Positions 62,046 to 62,848 of a DNA stretch of 62,848 nt are shown here, one piece after another. Position 1 is the stretch's first letter, and each line of letters starts with the position of its first letter. Both the position numbers and the translations under genes were made by a program. Below the pieces are notes generated by a model that saw only the letters and a list, made by a program, of their open reading frames with translations, did not search any database and had not been told where the DNA came from. Origin of the DNA: an uncultured Candidatus Saccharibacteria bacterium (GTDB lineage Bacteria; Patescibacteriota; Minisyncoccia; Phycocordibacterales; UBA9973); the NCBI GenBank assembly GCA_964533145.1, contig CAZHLG010000001.1:1-62848 (forward strand). The letters run 5' to 3'.

Positions 62046-62339
62046 TTACTGCTTGAGCGTCGCGGGGATTTCGTCAGACGGGATGTCGGCAGTGAGGTCC
62101 GTGACCGCCTCGCGGCAGATCTCGCGGGACAGCTTGCCGAAGAGCTTCTCGTAGCGCTCGACGAGCGCATTGATGACGGTTTTCGGATCGCCGACGACCG
62201 ATGCCTGACCCAGGTCTTTGCTGACGGAGAGTCCGTCGACCTTCGCAGCCTCGCTCCAGGCGAGCGGGCCGATGATGGCCTCCTGCTCCTTGATTATCCG
62301 GAGCGAAATCTGAGTGAAAATACTGAGCGTGGTTTCCAT
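62046..62339 (-). CDS. Hypothetical protein (97 aa) immediately upstream of the kinase
   Basis: Start is ATG 62339 (METTLSIF). No motif recognised. Confidence 0.55.
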   Translation of the reverse strand: METTLSIFTQISLRIIKEQEAIIGPLAWSEAAKVDGLSVSKDLGQASVVGDPKTVINALVERYEKLFGKLSREICREAVTDLTADIPSDEIPATLKQ

Positions 62340-62343
62340 ATAC

Positions 62344-62848
62344 TTAGGCTTCTTTGATTGAAGTAAATATCGTGCCAATATTCACCAGAGCAAGTGTCAT
62401 GAAAAAATAAGAGACCAGATACATATAGTCATTCACACCGCCCACATACCATGTTCCGGCGTTTACTTGATAGAGAAAAGTAAAGTCCGACAGATATTGA
62501 ATCACTAGTGCACACAGGAGGAATAATATCGGTTTCCGCAGACTTCCGCCTAGACTGTTTTTGCTGAAGAGTAATGCCATGAGGGCGATCGACACATACA
62601 CTGCTTGTCCGAGCGGATAGCCGAAGTCCAGGACTGTCTTTAGGCTAAAACTGCCGTCGAAAACATAACCTCTAAGAAACACCGTATACGAGAGGCAGAG
62701 CATGATGAGTGCCAGTACGACGGAAATCAACTTCCCCTTCCAAGAACGAGCGGATGATTTCATGCCGCTGACCAAGGCGAGGTAATAAGCTCCTATTACG
62801 TAAAAAACGACGCTTCCAAAAAAGCCGATATCTCCGAGCGACGGATAT
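62344..62848 (-). CDS. Polytopic membrane protein, 5' end outside window
   Basis: The reading frame stays open to the window edge (..YPSLGDIGFFGSVVFYVIGAYYLALVSGMKSS..). At least 5 hydrophobic helices. Confidence 0.6.
   Translation of the reverse strand, partial: YPSLGDIGFFGSVVFYVIGAYYLALVSGMKSSARSWKGKLISVVLALIMLCLSYTVFLRGYVFDGSFSLKTVLDFGYPLGQAVYVSIALMALLFSKNSLGGSLRKPILFLLCALVIQYLSDFTFLYQVNAGTWYVGGVNDYMYLVSYFFMTLALVNIGTIFTSIKEA

Overview
This is a compact, almost fully coding, high-GC chromosomal segment (roughly 55-60% GC by eye). Its gene content and reduced protein architectures look like a Patescibacteria/CPR (Parcubacteria-like) genome, but that placement is inference with no database search behind it. 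I call about 73 protein genes. They include the cluster infA-rpmJ-rpsM-rpsK-rpsD-rpoA-rplQ-rplM-rpsI, grpE/dnaK, a reduced dcw cluster (DD-carboxypeptidase, Mur ligase, mraY, ftsW, murG), and scpA/scpB. They also include five aaRS genes (alaS, gltX, aspS, trpS, cysS), dnaB-recR, rplI, rpmA, rplU and rsmI. Transport genes are MgtC, MFS, an Nramp-like gene, a CorA-like gene and an ABC exporter. A DNA-damage neighbourhood holds alkD, a DUF45 protease, an EVE gene, lexA and radC, and there is an ECF sigma operon. By eye I found no rRNA, tRNA, CRISPR array, transposase or integrase. The observations most worth follow-up are: (1) a wHTH/PaaX_C-like regulator wedged between grpE and dnaK, with a perfect palindrome on the dnaK -10 box; (2) a perfect Cheo-type LexA box driving a small-ORF-lexA operon inside the DNA-damage island that contains an overlapping EVE + HExxH-protease pair; (3) a 1163-aa surface protein fusing a beta-helix to a lipase domain; (4) an ATP-cone fused to a PD-(D/E)xK nuclease; (5) a divergent Nramp-like/CorA-like pair, both with substituted selectivity motifs; (6) a genome-style feature in which an (often extended) -10 box sits 6-9 nt upstream of the ATG at most operon-first genes, implying leaderless mRNAs; (7) promoter-to-terminator mini-units directly upstream of alaS and trpS. 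All product calls rest on motif recognition from the translated ORFs and no homology search was possible. Many long ORFs in the track are antisense artefacts of high GC.
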